Under the pieces are notes generated by a model. That model saw only the letters and a program-made list of their open reading frames with translations. It made no database searches and had not been told where the DNA came from. From the NCBI GenBank assembly GCA_036172245.1, contig JAYWIR010000018.1:434001-498000 (forward strand): DNA of 64,000 bases, in the 5' to 3' direction. Shown one piece after another: positions 23,900-36,633 of the stretch (position 1 is the stretch's first letter; the number at the start of each line of letters is the position of its first letter). The position numbers and the translations under genes were made by a program. This DNA is from Raillietiella orientalis. Taxonomy: Eukaryota.

Positions 23900-24200
23900 C
23901 CACTTCTTGGTAAGCAAGAAAGTGGCGAACGGAACGCGACGACTCGACCCGGTGAAAACGGGAGCTGCCCGTGAAATTCCGAGTGTGCGAGGCCTGCGTG
24001 TTGCGTGGTACTCAAGGCAAGAAAGGGGGGAGCTGTGAAATGGGAGCGCAACCAGGGGCAATTGCGACACGCGTGCGGAACGTCGTAGGCGCGGGAATCG
24101 TCTGTTGAAATGGGAATTCGCGTTCCGGCGTCGGGAGAAGCCGAGAATGCGATGGAAGAGCGCTATGGTGGAAAGTCCTGGAATCTGGAAAATCTTGAGT
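23900..24200 (+). mobile_element. RTE-type LINE 3' coding-end remnant
   Basis: RRLDPVK...VRGLRVAWYSRQER...RLLKWEFAFRRREKPRMRWKSAM resembles RL.W.GH..R and R..GRP..RW.D. Confidence 0.5.
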
Positions 24201-25049
24201 GGAGGAGGGGATGTGGTTCTTTGACCATCCGTGCGAGCCGCGATGCATGCTGCTTCACATACGAATGTCGAGAGTGCTGTCTGTCTCCACGGGAGCTGCC
24301 ACTGGCACTCAAATGCAGAAAGGAGAATTCTGAAGCTCTCGGGGAGGCAGAGGAAGCTCTGGCGAGCAAGCAAAACAACGCTAATTGAATTGCTGTATGG
24401 ACCTTCGCGTACCTCTGAATGCAGATCATGTCTGGAGTTCTGGAGAGTTTTCCCATATCCTTCCTTCTCAGAAAGGAAGCATCAGCTCAGTTTCGGGGTT
24501 CCTCGGTATCGCGGCTGGAGCGTGTGAGAGTTCCGGGCGACGAGTAGGAGTGGCAGTCCGCATTTCCTGGTGTTGTTGTCTTCCCTGCTTCTGGGGGGGG
24601 GGGGGGGGGGGCTCCAAAACGATCTACTCCCGAGTTCGCCCAAGGCAGAGAGGTCCCTGGAACCTCATGAAGGGCGGGAATTTCGGTTCAGCATCACATG
24701 GAACCTATTGTTTGGGTCGTAAACTCTGCAATCCATGGAGGAATGTCGAAAGTCGATTTCAAATTTGAGCCCTCAGAAAACGAATTGAAACAAACGACCG
24801 TGTCGGAGTGTTCTCTCTCTACCCCATTTTTCGCCATTAAATGAATTTTGTTGACAGGTAGCAATAAATGAAGATCCATCGCTTCTTCATTCGACGAACT
24901 TTTTAGTAGACTCTCAGGGAGCTGAAGAGATCTCGATCTTAGCCTGCTGCTGTTTCATCGGCTAGTCGAAAGCGGGAAGTGCCGGGGAAGTTCTTTAGCG
25001 TTGTATTGGAAAGAATGGGGAGGGAATTGATCAGGAAGGAGGAGGAAGA

Positions 25050-25900
25050 AATCTTTGCCGCGTATTGACGGTGATCCATGGATACCTGGGTTTACGCAGG
25101 GTCCCGGTAATCCCTGCGTAAATGGGCGTTCTCTGTTTTGTGTTTTCATCGGGTCGAGTGTGGGAATTTGACGGTTTCCGATCTTCCCAAGTGGAGGAAA
25201 AGCCTTGAGAATTGCCGGAAAAGCAGCTCAACATCGACGATGGCCCCATTCATTTCTCGAAAGTGGCCATGCATCAAGTATGCGCACAAACAAATGATGC
25301 TGACGGCGATGTGTGGATGCTGGGCTGCAACCCCGGATCCCGAAATGGTTTTGAAATCCTTGTGTTGGTTGCATCGGGACAACGTCCTCCTCGTCCCAGC
25401 CGAAACATGTCGAGCCAGATAACCTTCTGTCAAGCATCTTGCCTTGATCGGTTTGGTTGTTTTGAAACATTGCCTGACACCGGAGAGTCTCGAGCACTTT
25501 CGGAAACGTTGGTTTCTGGAGATCACGAGCCTCGCGAGGTGTTCGCTGAAATTGCCTGGCGTTCCAAGAACTCGACTGTATCGGCAAGCAGCTGGAAGCA
25601 GCGACCACAGCGACGGTTTAGGAAGAACGCATTCATCACAAGTGTCATTTCTTTGTACGTTACCCAGCTACCAGCACCGAAACGTGGATATTAATTCTTG
25701 CATCGGGCAACTCTGGGAGTTCAAGTTGCAGCGATTTAGAATGCCCGAACTGCTCGAGAAGACTCAATTCGCTTATTCGGCGGTCTCGCAAATGCTAACA
25801 AAAGAATGGAGTTCCGATGCCGATAACCTTCCAGAAGCAAACATCACTTGCTGTGTGTGCACTCTTTATGACAGCAGGTTAAGCACTTTGTTGAGACCAA
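25050..25900 (+). mobile_element. Decayed piggyBac-like transposase
   Basis: PEKQLNIDD / MAPFISR..CIKY / DVWMLGCNPG / LHRDNV across frames resembles P...LSIDE.M.PF.GR..QY...K.W.L and DN(F/Y)F. Confidence 0.45.
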
Positions 25901-26716
25901 AAGCACAGCGTTTAACAGATACATGATTTTCTTGCACCTTGGTGGTGTTAGCGCATCCAAGTGCCGTGCAGTGCTAGTTGTCTCGAAAATGCCGCAAAGT
26001 AGAAAAGGCTGTGTATGTACTCCTCTGTGTGCACTACCGCAGGTGACCTGAATGGGGAATCAGCATTTTCCTCCGAAAGTTCTGAGTGAATTCAGGTTGC
26101 TTTGAATGGGCAAAACATTCCGCCACCAGACGATCACAGAGTAGCGCGTGGAACACGTGGCTGCAGCTCTCTCACAGTGAGTTCTGCGTTCACCGTGGAA
26201 GTGAATCTGTAGTGGAAACGGAAGCAGCTGTGGGTACGGTGACGGCTGGAGACAATACGGACTCTGGTCATTTCATGAGGAACTTTAAGGAAACCGCGTT
26301 GTTTTGCACTGCTCCGTGCCTGCCGTTAGCTGTTTAGTGAGGTCCAGTGAGTGTTCTTAGTCGCAAAATAGGAGCATCGGCCACCGTCAGATGTACGATA
26401 GCAGTGCTGCTGTCTCTGAGGTCGGTTAGGTGTTCTCAGAGGGAAGCTCTCTGTTCTGGTCGGAGGTGAATTCTCCCGTAAAATTTCATCACATATCGGA
26501 GCTTCGAATTGGTGACTTATTTTGCCTTAACCTATGCCAGGTGTTGGGGAACCTACGAATGCCTAGCGAACGCAACCGCGTATCGTCAGTTCCGTCATTC
26601 GTATTCTGGTTTATTCAAACTGGTCGATGAATTCGTTGGATTGTCCATGTAGTGACTGTGTCCGTGTTTGTTCGCAGGTTCTTTTCTCTGCTTCTAAGGT
26701 TTTCATCGTATTTCAG

Positions 26717-26935
26717 AGTACGTACAAAGTGGATCCCATGCTGCTGAAGAAAAGAATAAACAGGCTAATTGACCCATCCAAGGCGAGTGAAGTTTTTTAC
26801 AACCCTTTGGAGCCGTACAACCGTATGCTGGCTCATAGCAAGAAAGGAATCGTTTACGACAAGAAGCCATTCAAGTTTTCCTGCATCAAGGGGAAGATAT
26901 ACGAATGGTGCAACTGTGGGTACAGTAGGTCTCAG
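26717..26935 (+). CDS. CISD3: CDGSH iron-sulfur domain protein 3 (MiNT-like), penultimate coding exon
   Basis: TTTCAG acceptor and GTTAGT phase-0 donor. Reads ...HSKKGIVYDKKPFKFSCIKGKIYEWCNCGYSRSQ. In-frame ATG at 26738; any upstream targeting-peptide exon was not identified. Confidence 0.92.
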
Positions 26936-27771
26936 GTTAGTCTCATTCAGGCCAGCATCGTGCACCGAGACTCGTCTCATGTGTCTCAAATGTCTGTTGT
27001 GTCGCGTGCACCGTCCGAAAGGCAGTTTTAGTAATTTCGTCTCTGATTTATCGCCTGTTATCCTTCGTCAGCGGCACGATTTTCGTGGGACAGCAGCAGC
27101 ATGCTTGCAAGCCAGGCTCCTGCGAATTCCGAAGGGAACTTGGAGCCCCAGCTTCATCTAGGTGACTTCAGCTAAGCCAGCCCGCGAGATGGACTTCTTG
27201 CCTCCCGTATCCGCGTTTCGTGCGCTCTTTCGTCTGGGCTTGATCGCCAGGCGGGCCGTGGGAAGCTTCGAGCTGGAATGCCTGGGCCAGCGGTCGCAGG
27301 CAGCAAGCCGCAATCGCAAGACTACCAAGCGGTTCGGACGAGATCCCTCCCGCACCAGACGGCAAGTTGGAAGCCCGGGGACCGGCGAGAGGGAGGATGA
27401 CCGCTTCTGCGGGCGTCTCTCCGTCCCGGAAGCAGATGAGTCCCGGCGTGTGTACCGCCCGTGTATCTCCGAAGCTTGCCGAAGCCGCGCGGGCTTGGCC
27501 ATTACGAAGCGGAGAGCAACAAGTCATTGCTCGCTTGCTGGTGGATTGCGGAGCCGCCTGCACGGACTTGCACTTCCGACCTGGAATTGGATTTCGTTCC
27601 TGGCCTGCCTTTGGGACTCCAGAAAGCGGGCGCGGACTCTCGCGGAAGCGCTTCCTTGCGTTAGTTACACTCCCTTGCTGCGTGCGCGGTCCTGCCCCCC
27701 GCCGTTGTCGTTTATCCTTTGTGTGTGCGCTTTTTTATTTTTTCGTTTCTTTCTTTGATTTTGTTTTCTAG

Positions 27772-27963
27772 CCTTTCTGCGACGGCACCCACAAGGATAG
27801 AAGGTACTGCATCCAGCTTGGTCCCGTCAAGTTCCTGGCTCCGGAAACCAAGGACTATTGGTTCTGCAATTGCAAACAGAGCAAACGGAGACCGTTCTGC
27901 GATGGCAGCCACCGCTCCGAGTTCGTGCAAACTGCCGATCCCCTCCTCCAGTACCGGCACTGA
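27772..27963 (+). CDS. CISD3: CDGSH iron-sulfur domain protein 3 (MiNT-like), last coding exon
   Basis: Long polypyrimidine tract plus TAG acceptor. Reads PFCDGTHKDRRYCIQLGPVKFLAPETKDYWFCNCKQSKRRPFCDGSHRSEFVQTADPLLQYRH*, completing two W-x-C-x-C...PFCDG(S/T)H motifs. Confidence 0.95.
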   Translation, partial: PFCDGTHKDRRYCIQLGPVKFLAPETKDYWFCNCKQSKRRPFCDGSHRSEFVQTADPLLQYRH

Positions 27964-28049
27964 AGGGTCTGTTTCGGGAGGAAAGGAAGATACGAGACCT
28001 CGCGCAACGTGGATCCGCCTAGAACGCAAAGAAAGCGCTCAATGCTCCC

Positions 28050-29400
28050 TATGGAAGCTCCGTGAAGGAATACAAGCGAACGGTGCAGCGCTCTCAGAAG
28101 GGGTTGTCTCCTGGTGGGCTGCTCAGCCTCGTCGGCAGCGTTCCCTCTCTCCCCCATGTTCGAAACGGGGCGGCAGGAGACCCCTCGTCCGTATGTGGAC
28201 CCCATCGCCCGCCTCGGAGGAAAGCTGATGCGGCGCGGGGGAAGATTCGCGCGCTTGCGATGCCTTTCGTCAGACGACGATGCAAATGGCATCTCCAGAA
28301 ACGTTTCTTCGAACCGGCGGACAGAGAGCGGTCGACATGGTGAACTCCGCTCCGGACGGGTGTACAAAGTCCATGAAGACTCGTTCGTGGTCCTTCCTCG
28401 GTTTTCCCCAGGTTGTTGCATTCCGCGGCCTTTCCGGCAGGCACGGACCAGTTGACCACGGAACTTTTTATTGTTTGTTTTTCGTTTCTCCTCCGCCAGC
28501 TTCCGCTCCTGCATCCTGTCAGGAGGAAGTGGCAGCTCTCCTGACAAGCCGACTTTCTGCCGATGCCATTTTCGTGTTGCCCCCCCCGAAGTCTCGTGGC
28601 TGCTTCATCTCGTTCGTCGTCCGTGCGCTGGTGAAATCCTTCGCATCGACCCTTCGGGTGGGAAGCTTTCACTCATCCATCTCTTTCGTGACCGCCTTAC
28701 CTTCTCCACTCAAACCAGCAGATGGGAGATGAATCGCCGACGACGCAAACCGCTCGGTGGTTTGCCTGCGCATCTTCCGCAACGTCTTTTTCCTCGTTAG
28801 CCGACGTGAGGAGGGGGAGGAGAGTTATCGGTGATGATCTCCCTCTGCTCGTTCACTCCACAGCGTGTGGCGCCTGGCAGCTTTGTGAAACAGCACGAAG
28901 ATACTGGTAACCGGACGAGGTGACGAAAGACGCCTCTGTGCTGCACGCTGCCACGGTGGTTTCGCATGGGCTGGGAGACGCGCAGTAACGGCCCCAGCAT
29001 GCGTTTTCAGCGCCATTGGTCTTGTGCACATGTAAGGCAAGTGCCAAGCACGCGGAGCATATTCTGCATTCCACGAGGAGCACAAGTAAATGGTGCTGCG
29101 GCACAGCCTCCGGAGAACCATGCGTACACCGTCCGAGCACCGAGGGGCGTCGGCTGCATGAACCTGGGAACCACCTGGTCTATCGCAGCTAGGGTTCCCG
29201 GAAGTAGTTCGAGGTTCTTGTAGTTTCGCTACCGAAAGTTCTCAGAAGGATACGGGAGGACAAGCGGCGAGTCTTTTCATGCAGGGTCTGTCTTCGCGTC
29301 GCCTGCGGATCCCCTTGCAAGATCACCCGGTCTTGGTACGTCTTCTTCCTGCCTGGGCGCCCATCATTCCGAAAGCGGCACCTGCCTGCAGTGCACAACA
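28050..29400 (+). mobile_element. Decayed non-LTR retrotransposon RT and C-terminus, possibly R2/RLE-like
   Basis: QKGLSPGGLLSL / FPLSPMF (G..QG..LSP), RLRCLSSDDD (L.YADD), GLPAHLPQRLFP...GGGGV (LP......GGLG). Confidence 0.4.
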
Positions 29401-29549
29401 GGGATTCTGAGGAAAGCCAGGATTGTCGTGCTTCTGCTTTTCACGATGAATACGAGCGGGAAGGAAACTTCGCCTCCGTTAACATTGACGAGCACATGCT
29501 CGGATAGAAGGCAATAAATAAAGACTCCAATTTTCCTTAAAGTTTGCTG

Positions 29550-30651
29550 TAACGCCCGGCTGCGAAACGGAGAGATTTCCGGGCGGAATGCCTAAGTCCT
29601 GAGACTTATCATTTCCCCGAGGGAAAAGAGTTACTACTGCCGATGTGGGGAAGATCTTCATGGGATCACGGGACTCCCCTATGCAGATTCCTGCGATCAG
29701 CGCTGCTGAAGCGCACGCTGCTGTCTTCATGTTCCCGCTACACATCTGTACGCCCTACTTCACAGCGAAACGGGAGCCACAATACCGATTTCCCAGCAGT
29801 GACGCGTGTTCATCCGGTCGCGTTGGAGCTGCGCGAACGTGCGGCGTTCCTGCAGCGGCAATGTCGCGACCTGTTTCAGCTCACCATAGGGGTTAGCCAA
29901 GGTAATGCTTATGTTCAGTGAGGCTCGGCGGACAAGAGAGCACAAGTCCATATCCCTCGTGGAAGATCACGTGGACACCTCGGGAAACCTACGAACGTGA
30001 TTTCCTTGGAGCAGGTGAGCGGTGCTTATGAAGCGAAAATCGTTTCCGAGAACTTCTGGGTGGCGGTGGTCTCCTCAGCTAAGAATCAAGCACACATGGG
30101 CACGAAGACCAGGGCTTGCGTGGCCCAGGATTACAACCCCGTCCTCAACCTCAAGGTAGGAATTACATCTCGATCGGAGCACGTGGAATCTGTAGAAGAA
30201 CCGCAACGTATTGGAGTAGGCTGATGCGTAGACTCATCAACTCAACAAGTAGGCGTATCCGAGCATTCGTGCTCGTTGGCGGCGGCGAGGACTTTGGTGT
30301 TACCCTGCGCAGCTGCCTTACCGCACGTGCTTCTTGAACGTAGTGGGCAGAGTCAGGGATGAGTGCGTCTCGGAGAGCAATTCAGCTTCCTGATTCTGCT
30401 CTATAAGACCTGCTTAAGGAAATGCTGGCATCTCCAGGCTTACCTTCCGCCACCTCACTGATGAATCCCCGCCACTTGCGAGCATTGGTGATCTCCGAAG
30501 GGAGGAATGGTGTGGCCGTCGTCCTGGAGAGCCGTTGGAAATCGCCCTTGTCTAATACCAAAGAGCAACGAGGTGCGACGTGGAAGAGGAGCCTTCGGAC
30601 GATCGTGGGCAGGCGAACCTGATGCTGATGAGCGCGCAACCCCTCCCTCAT
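29550..30651 (-). mobile_element. Decayed Ty3/Gypsy pol (RNase H to integrase)
   Basis: GDFQRL...ARKWRGFISEVAEGKPGDASISLSR (TDH..L / RW / PG....D.LSR), then LEVEDGVVILG...DHRHPEV (integrase zinc-finger lead-in). Confidence 0.5.
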
Positions 30652-31149
30652 TTCATCCCTATTCTAACCTACACAGGGAATCATGCTGAGTATAGCGGGG
30701 TCGATCCTTCCCACTCGTATATTTGTTTACTGCCCCTCCCACTAATCCCTAATTTTGTCCCTAGCGAGGCCAGTTTCTGTTGGTAAGAGTCGACACATAC
30801 GTATTTGTCTTGACGTAATACGATGTTGGTACGTAGTCGTTTCAACTGATTTGTTTTACATAAGTGGACCAGCCATCTGGGGTCAGAGGGTCATGGACGA
30901 GGCATTTCTAAACATCAGGTGGTGAGAGCAGTTCCCATTAAAAACACAGTTGGCAGGAGTGGGGCTCACCGACTCGTGTGTCGAATACGTCCCGGAGAGG
31001 GAGGACAGATGACAAGAAATGGAAAGCAGTGGGGGGGAAAGACGAGGGAGGATGAAAGATCTTATGGTCTGGGCGCTCGTTTCCTTCTACTATCGACACG
31101 AGATGCAGCTGCGAGTCCTGCGACTAACGCAGACGTGAGGAGAGTCCAC

Positions 31150-31900
31150 TTGATGGCTGGCAGTCTCCACATCTTCCTGCTCTCAAGTGTGGCTTACGTG
31201 CCGCAAAGGCCGGTCAGCGAATTGTGCGCGGCAGTGCACAGATGCAGCTTGTTGGCTGCGGCCAATCCGCGATGGAGGATTCCATCGATCACGTTCTTCT
31301 TCGACGACCAACGGAGTTTGCAGGATGGTGATAGAGGTTGAATATTATCGATGCTGCCGAGTCATTCGCAGATCCGACCTGGGAAGCGCTCCTGCGTGGG
31401 GACGGGACGGGACTCCCTTCGGACGCTTCCAGAAAATTGGATTGAGCTTCCGGAACAGCAGCACTCTTCCCTACAACTTCCTGCGAGGTTCGCTGCGAAG
31501 CAACTTGAGGAATGGGCGATTTGGAACGCTTGCCGGGCGACCTGTGCCGACGGTTTCCCGTAGGAATGCCTGCCCACTGGCTTTGACGACGGAATGAACG
31601 GCGAAGCTGCACACTCAGCGAGCTGCCGACGGATCACCTCGTCCGCATGCTCCACTCGATCTTGGGAAGCTCTAGACCCACAATCCCACCGCCCCTGTGG
31701 GTTTCTTGTTTTTTATCATCAGACTCTCCAGTATCAACCAGCGCGGAGCGTTTCTAGGGAGATGGATGCTCGCTGCCTGAGTTTCTATCGAACTAGGGCC
31801 GAACGACAAGGTCGGCTCCGACCAGTATGCTCTGGGACCAAAGAGAGAAACATTCCACCTCTGCAGAGATAAGACTCGCACCCTGAGGGGACCGACCTCT
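31150..31900 (+). pseudogene. Possible decayed leucine-rich-repeat protein
   Basis: Fragments FQKIGLSFRNSSTLPYNFLRG and RLSSINQRGAFLG...SIELGPN resemble LRR units. Many stops. Confidence 0.25.
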
Positions 31901-32949
31901 GTTCGAGGGTACACCGGGGCTGGACTCGATACTTGGAGGCCCCTGCGTCCTCAGAGGGCCTCGCACGACTGGTGAGATCGGTCACCACCGGAGAATTTAA
32001 TGGTCGTGAGGCGTCAGGATAAGACGGCCCGCCGGCAGAGTTTTGGCCGTGCTTCGTGAGCTGACGCCTCTGGTGCGCGGAATCTTCACACCGGTTCGGT
32101 CAACAGCCGAGGTGCGCGCCTCGTTCCTACCAGCAGAAGGAGCGCTCCTCCGCTCCCAAAGTGGCGACGGGAGTTGCCAAGCGGAAAGTGTAGAAAAACG
32201 TCAGTCAGCTGACACGCCGTCCCAAGAACCAGCAGTTTCTTCCTGAAATCTCACAGGACATCTGCGAGCTAGCTGGGTAGTCACGGTCACTGTTTCCTCA
32301 GAGAGAAGACAAAGAAAGACCACGAGATCTTCGGGACCACGAGATCTTCCTGGGGCTTCCCGTGACCTCCTTGAACGAGCAGCGAGCGTGGACGGAGCAC
32401 TGCGTTTTTCTCCGAGCTCGTGCCGTTCATCTACGCCCATGTCTGAATCATTTCATGTTTCCAGGTACCATAGCTTCGCGAGCGAGCAGGGGATCTACAA
32501 CTGGTCCTGCACCAAGACAACTATCCGCGGAAGCGGACGATCCGCGTCGGGGCAGTTCTTCGGGGACTGCAGATCAGGAAGGGCGTTAGTCCTTCCGAGC
32601 AGGCTGCTCGCATGGCGAGAACTCGCGCTGGCGCGCGCCGATGGGTGGTCCAATATCTTGCAGGATCCAGCGCCAGTCTTTGGAGCTTCAGCTCCAGCGT
32701 CAAGAAGCCGAGGCCACCATTCCGATGTGGAGCACACAAATCCTCCAAGTCTTCCTCACTTTCAAGAAGCATCCTCGAAATTTCTTCTCCCGTCGATCCT
32801 GGTGCATCCATCCTGCTTATTTTATTCCAGTCCTTGTCCACTGCCGGTCAGGCAGGGACGTGCGTTTCATTCCCGCTTCTCCGCAGGCCCAACAGGGTAA
32901 GGATTGTGGTCTACGGGACCGTTCCTTCCGTTTTTCACCATCTTGGTCT

Positions 32950-33648
32950 TCCGTGGTAAAGACATTTAAAGATGAAGGGGTCCTCCCTCCATGAAGAGGA
33001 CTGGACTCCCGGTGTTTCCAATGGCGCCGGCATTCATGCTGACCACCTCTCTTTGCCCTCCCCAGAAGGCTTTCCGCAGAGGGACTTCGGTCCTCTTTAT
33101 CACGCTTCTGGGTTGGGAGCGAACAGAAGGCAAGGGGCGAAGGATAGAGGCTGCAAACGTGTCCCACGTAACGGCCCGTTCCGGCAAGAGGAACTGGCCA
33201 TCCTGGAACGGGACGAGCGCGGACTCTGCCCTCTGAAGACAGCTCAATCCACGCCTCCTCCGGGGAAAAATCCCCCAACATCACGTCAAGGTACTTAAAG
33301 TGCCGAACCGCGGGGATCCCCAAGCGGTTCAGTCCGGCCGTCCAGCCCACACCGCACCAACTGAGCGGACGCCTTCGTCCTATTAGCGCAAGCGCACGTG
33401 CCGCAACGGGTCCACCCGAAGAATTCTTCGAGAGCTGCTGCCGGGACTGGCATGGGGAGGAGCAACGGAAGATCGTCAGCATAAGCTGGCACGGCAGGCG
33501 TGACAGGGCACGGGCTCGGCAGGGTTGTGAGAGCCTCCTCAGCACCGCCTCGAAATGGATGCTGAAGGGCAGGGAGGGGACTCGGGCTGTCACCCTGCCA
33601 TATGCACGCCGGTGTGAGGCGTGCCGGAGGGATGGAGAAACCCAGCAA
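32950..33648 (-). mobile_element. L1/Tx1-like LINE reverse transcriptase core, decayed
   Basis: IWQGDSPSPL, FSIHFEAVLRRL, PAYADDL, ANRTKA and FKYLDVMLG in the correct order across frameshifts. Confidence 0.85.
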
Positions 33649-34110
33649 GGGGGTGGAACATGCAGTCCCTGAGCACCCTGCTCGTCCGCACCCACTTCGA
33701 GGTGGTGTTGGGGAAGCTCTTCCAACCTCGATCTGCTCCTGCTCCCCACGCCTCGCCCCGAGGCATCACTCGAGTTCCTGGAGTCGGGGAGCGAGCACGA
33801 CCGCGAAGGGACGAAGTCGCGCGTGATCTCTACTGGTATGGCGTGGACTGGACAGCCGGACTGGATGCGCTCGGGGATCCCCTTGGGCAGGCAAGGCCCT
33901 CCCTCCAATACGAGGGGGCCCCAAAAAACCTTTCTCGACAGTCCGTCGGACTGCTGGGGAAGGTCCGTTGGGCTTCCTTGAGGTTCCGAGTCCTTCTCAA
34001 GAACACGAAGGGCTGCTCCACAAAGGGATGCAGGACTCTGCATCCTAACGCTGGGAAGGATGGGGCCTCCTCTCCTTCTTTGAAGATCCGCTCCGATGGA
34101 GAAGGCTGGT
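33640..34110 (+). mobile_element. Second, diverged L1/Tx1-like RT fragment in the opposite orientation
   Basis: HFEVVLGKLFQP and WYGVDWTAGLDALG mirror minus-strand HFEAVLRRLSQP and WCGVGWTAGLNRLG at 33300-33600. Confidence 0.7.
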
Positions 34111-34399
34111 AACTTGGAGTGACTCCTTCCTAGTGGCCACCTTCTGTGGAAGGCGGTAAGGCGCGAGAGATTTCTGTCGGTCCCACTGGTACGTTAATTT
34201 TGAAAAGAAGCACGCAAGGACGACAGGGCACTGCGTCCCGCCGGGTCGAGCAGTTTCTCATGAGACGTTGACAAGGTTCTTACAGAGAGTGGAGAGGAAT
34301 AGGTGAAGAAGGCAAACAAAATAAGCGAGAACGTTGGTTTCTAGGGTTAGGGGCAAAGGAAAGGAGTGGTTGCCCGTTCGGTTGCGCCCTCCTGCATTC

Positions 34400-36262
34400 C
34401 GTAGGGATGACACCAAGCCCCTCGTGATGGCGTTCGAGATGGCACCACCTTGTCACTGGCCTGCGAGACGCTGGCCGGGAATCCCCCAGACGCACGGAGG
34501 TCCTCCTCGAAGATCCGGTGGCGCCACGGAGGCATCCAGGATCCGGCACCCTGGCCCTGAAGGGAGGTGGCGAGCGGCTTCTGCTATTGCTCCAGTCCAG
34601 GACGCGGCTATCGGCGCCCGTTCCCTTCAGCCCCGAGGCAAATGGTACTGCGAGGGCACGGCGTCGCTGATGCGTGTCGCCTCACAACCGGCAGGCCATC
34701 CGAATGCGCTCGCGTCCCTAGGCGAGGCAGACCGCTGCTGCCCTGAGGAGGGACAGCGGTCGGCGCCCCCCTTGCCGCCACGCGGTCCGCAGCGACGCTC
34801 GGCGGCAGGGAGCGGTGGGCGAGGGCGCGACCCATCCCCGACGTAGGCGCAGTCCCCCTGGAGGAAGAGCAGAAAGGGGACGGGAAGAAGCGCCGGCCCC
34901 CAGCTGCAGAGCCGTCCTGCCCGCCGGAGAGAAACGGCGGTCGCTGGTTTCGGCGGGGCGCGGGGGTGACCTCGTCGTCGCAGGAGCGACGCAACTGGCG
35001 GACCGCGGAGGCGGCATCGGCGCGGCGCGGCGCCCCGCGCCGAAATGCGGTGAAAACACCTCCCGGCTGCTCCCCCCTTCGGCATGAAGGCGCGCCCGGA
35101 AGAGCTGCTGCCGCGGCGCTCTTTCGTGCGGGGCCGGCTTCCCCGATCGCCCGATCCCGCATGGCGTCAGGAAGACCGCGCGCGCCTCTGCCCGCGGCCA
35201 CCAGGAATGAGGTGCAGATGACCTTGTGCACGATAATGCAGTCAAGGGGGAGAAGGATGCCGTCTGCATCTCACGCAGACAGGCTGCCAGGGGAGCGGCG
35301 GATGAGACCTACCGGTGACCCTCCTCCCTTCCTTCCCCAGACCTGACCAGGGCGTCGCTACTTGGTCCAGTCGCCTCGCCGTCCACCCACCCCTGCTGTA
35401 CTCGGTGTCCACCTGCGTCTCCTCCGCGCCCTGCCGGCTGGTCGCTGCCGCTGCCCCCACCTTTCGCGCTGCGGCGGCGAGGCGGTTGCGGAGGTCGAAT
35501 CCGGCGCAACGTCCTTGAGGACGCCGCCATCTCGCGAGAGAGAAGAGTCCTGGGCTGGTCCCCGCGACCTCCGCCTAAGCGCCCACTGTGCTCTGCTCCG
35601 GGGCTGCAGTCCGCAGAGCGGCAGGGGGTCCAGACTGGACATTTGTCTTCGTCGACGCAGTCAAAGCGGGAAGTCACCCGTTTCCTTATCTTTCTCAGGA
35701 TGGCACGACCAGCCTGATCCTCCTCCTCGGCCGGCAACTCGCCCGTAGGGGGAACGCGGGGGAGACCTCAGCGAATGGAGCGCTGTTGGGGCGCCGAAGT
35801 CACCAGTCTTCCCAAGCGGAGCCGAATGTGCGCTCGAGCCAGCGTGCCGAGACCGAGCTGCACGACGCGGCTCAGAGCCACTGACCCTGACCTTCCCGGA
35901 AAGCGGTTCAGGGTCCTCCCGCGAGGCCTTTCTCGGAATATCTCCTATGCGCTTGCTAGCGTTCGCAGGGGTGGGGCAAACAAGAAGAACGAGGGAGGAG
36001 GAGAAGGCCCTGTCCAGGAAGAAGGCGCTACCGCCTTGGAACGAGCGCGGCGGCGCTTCCGCCTTCGTAGGCAAGAGGGCCGCAGGTCCCCCAACGGAAG
36101 GCGGAGGTGCGCGAGAGGCGTGCCCGTGGTGACCCCGGCAGAGGCGAAGGACGGGACCACCCGCCGATGACCGAGGAGATCGAGGGTCCGTGGGGCCATC
36201 AGCACCTCAACAGGCAGGAGCCGGTCTTCACGCCCCAGCTCAGTACGCGCGTGCACGTGCAT
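34400..36262 (-). mobile_element. L1/Tx1-like LINE ORF2 (APE endonuclease plus linker), decayed
   Basis: Ordered remnants: ELGREDRLLPVEVLM..LDLLG, LVLLVCPTP, GDF..DCV, GGWTARRLDQV, RSHPPL, RRGEQPGGVF, PRPGLE. Confidence 0.6.
34460..35334. repeat. Left arm of an 875-bp near-perfect inverted repeat
   Basis: Reverse complement of 36634-37508 (paired coordinates sum to 71968). ORF translations are identical in three frames. Three substitutions seen, at 34518, 34539 and 34556. Confidence 0.97.
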
Positions 36263-36633
36263 CCGTCGTCGGGCTTGCGTGCGACCTTGAGCCAGCTCTC
36301 CGCGTTTGCCCTTCAGCGCGCATGTACACGCGATGCGTGCCTAAGAAACGAACGGACTGCGCCCCATCGCCTTCCGTTGCACGGTCGAATGCTCTGATGT
36401 CACGAGGATTGTCCATTCGGTACGCCAACGCAGCATCCTTCCCATTCGTTCCGCCTGGGCATTTCTTTTCCGAAAAGGAACAGGCCACGTGGATCGGGAA
36501 ATCCAGCAGACCGTCCGAAAATATCGAAGGAGAGGGAAAAGGAGAAACCTGTCCTTTCGACCCTCCAGTCGGCTACGCGGAAGGGCGGGGAAGGGGGTTT
36601 AGAGGAGGGGAAAATAAATGCATAATGCATGAA

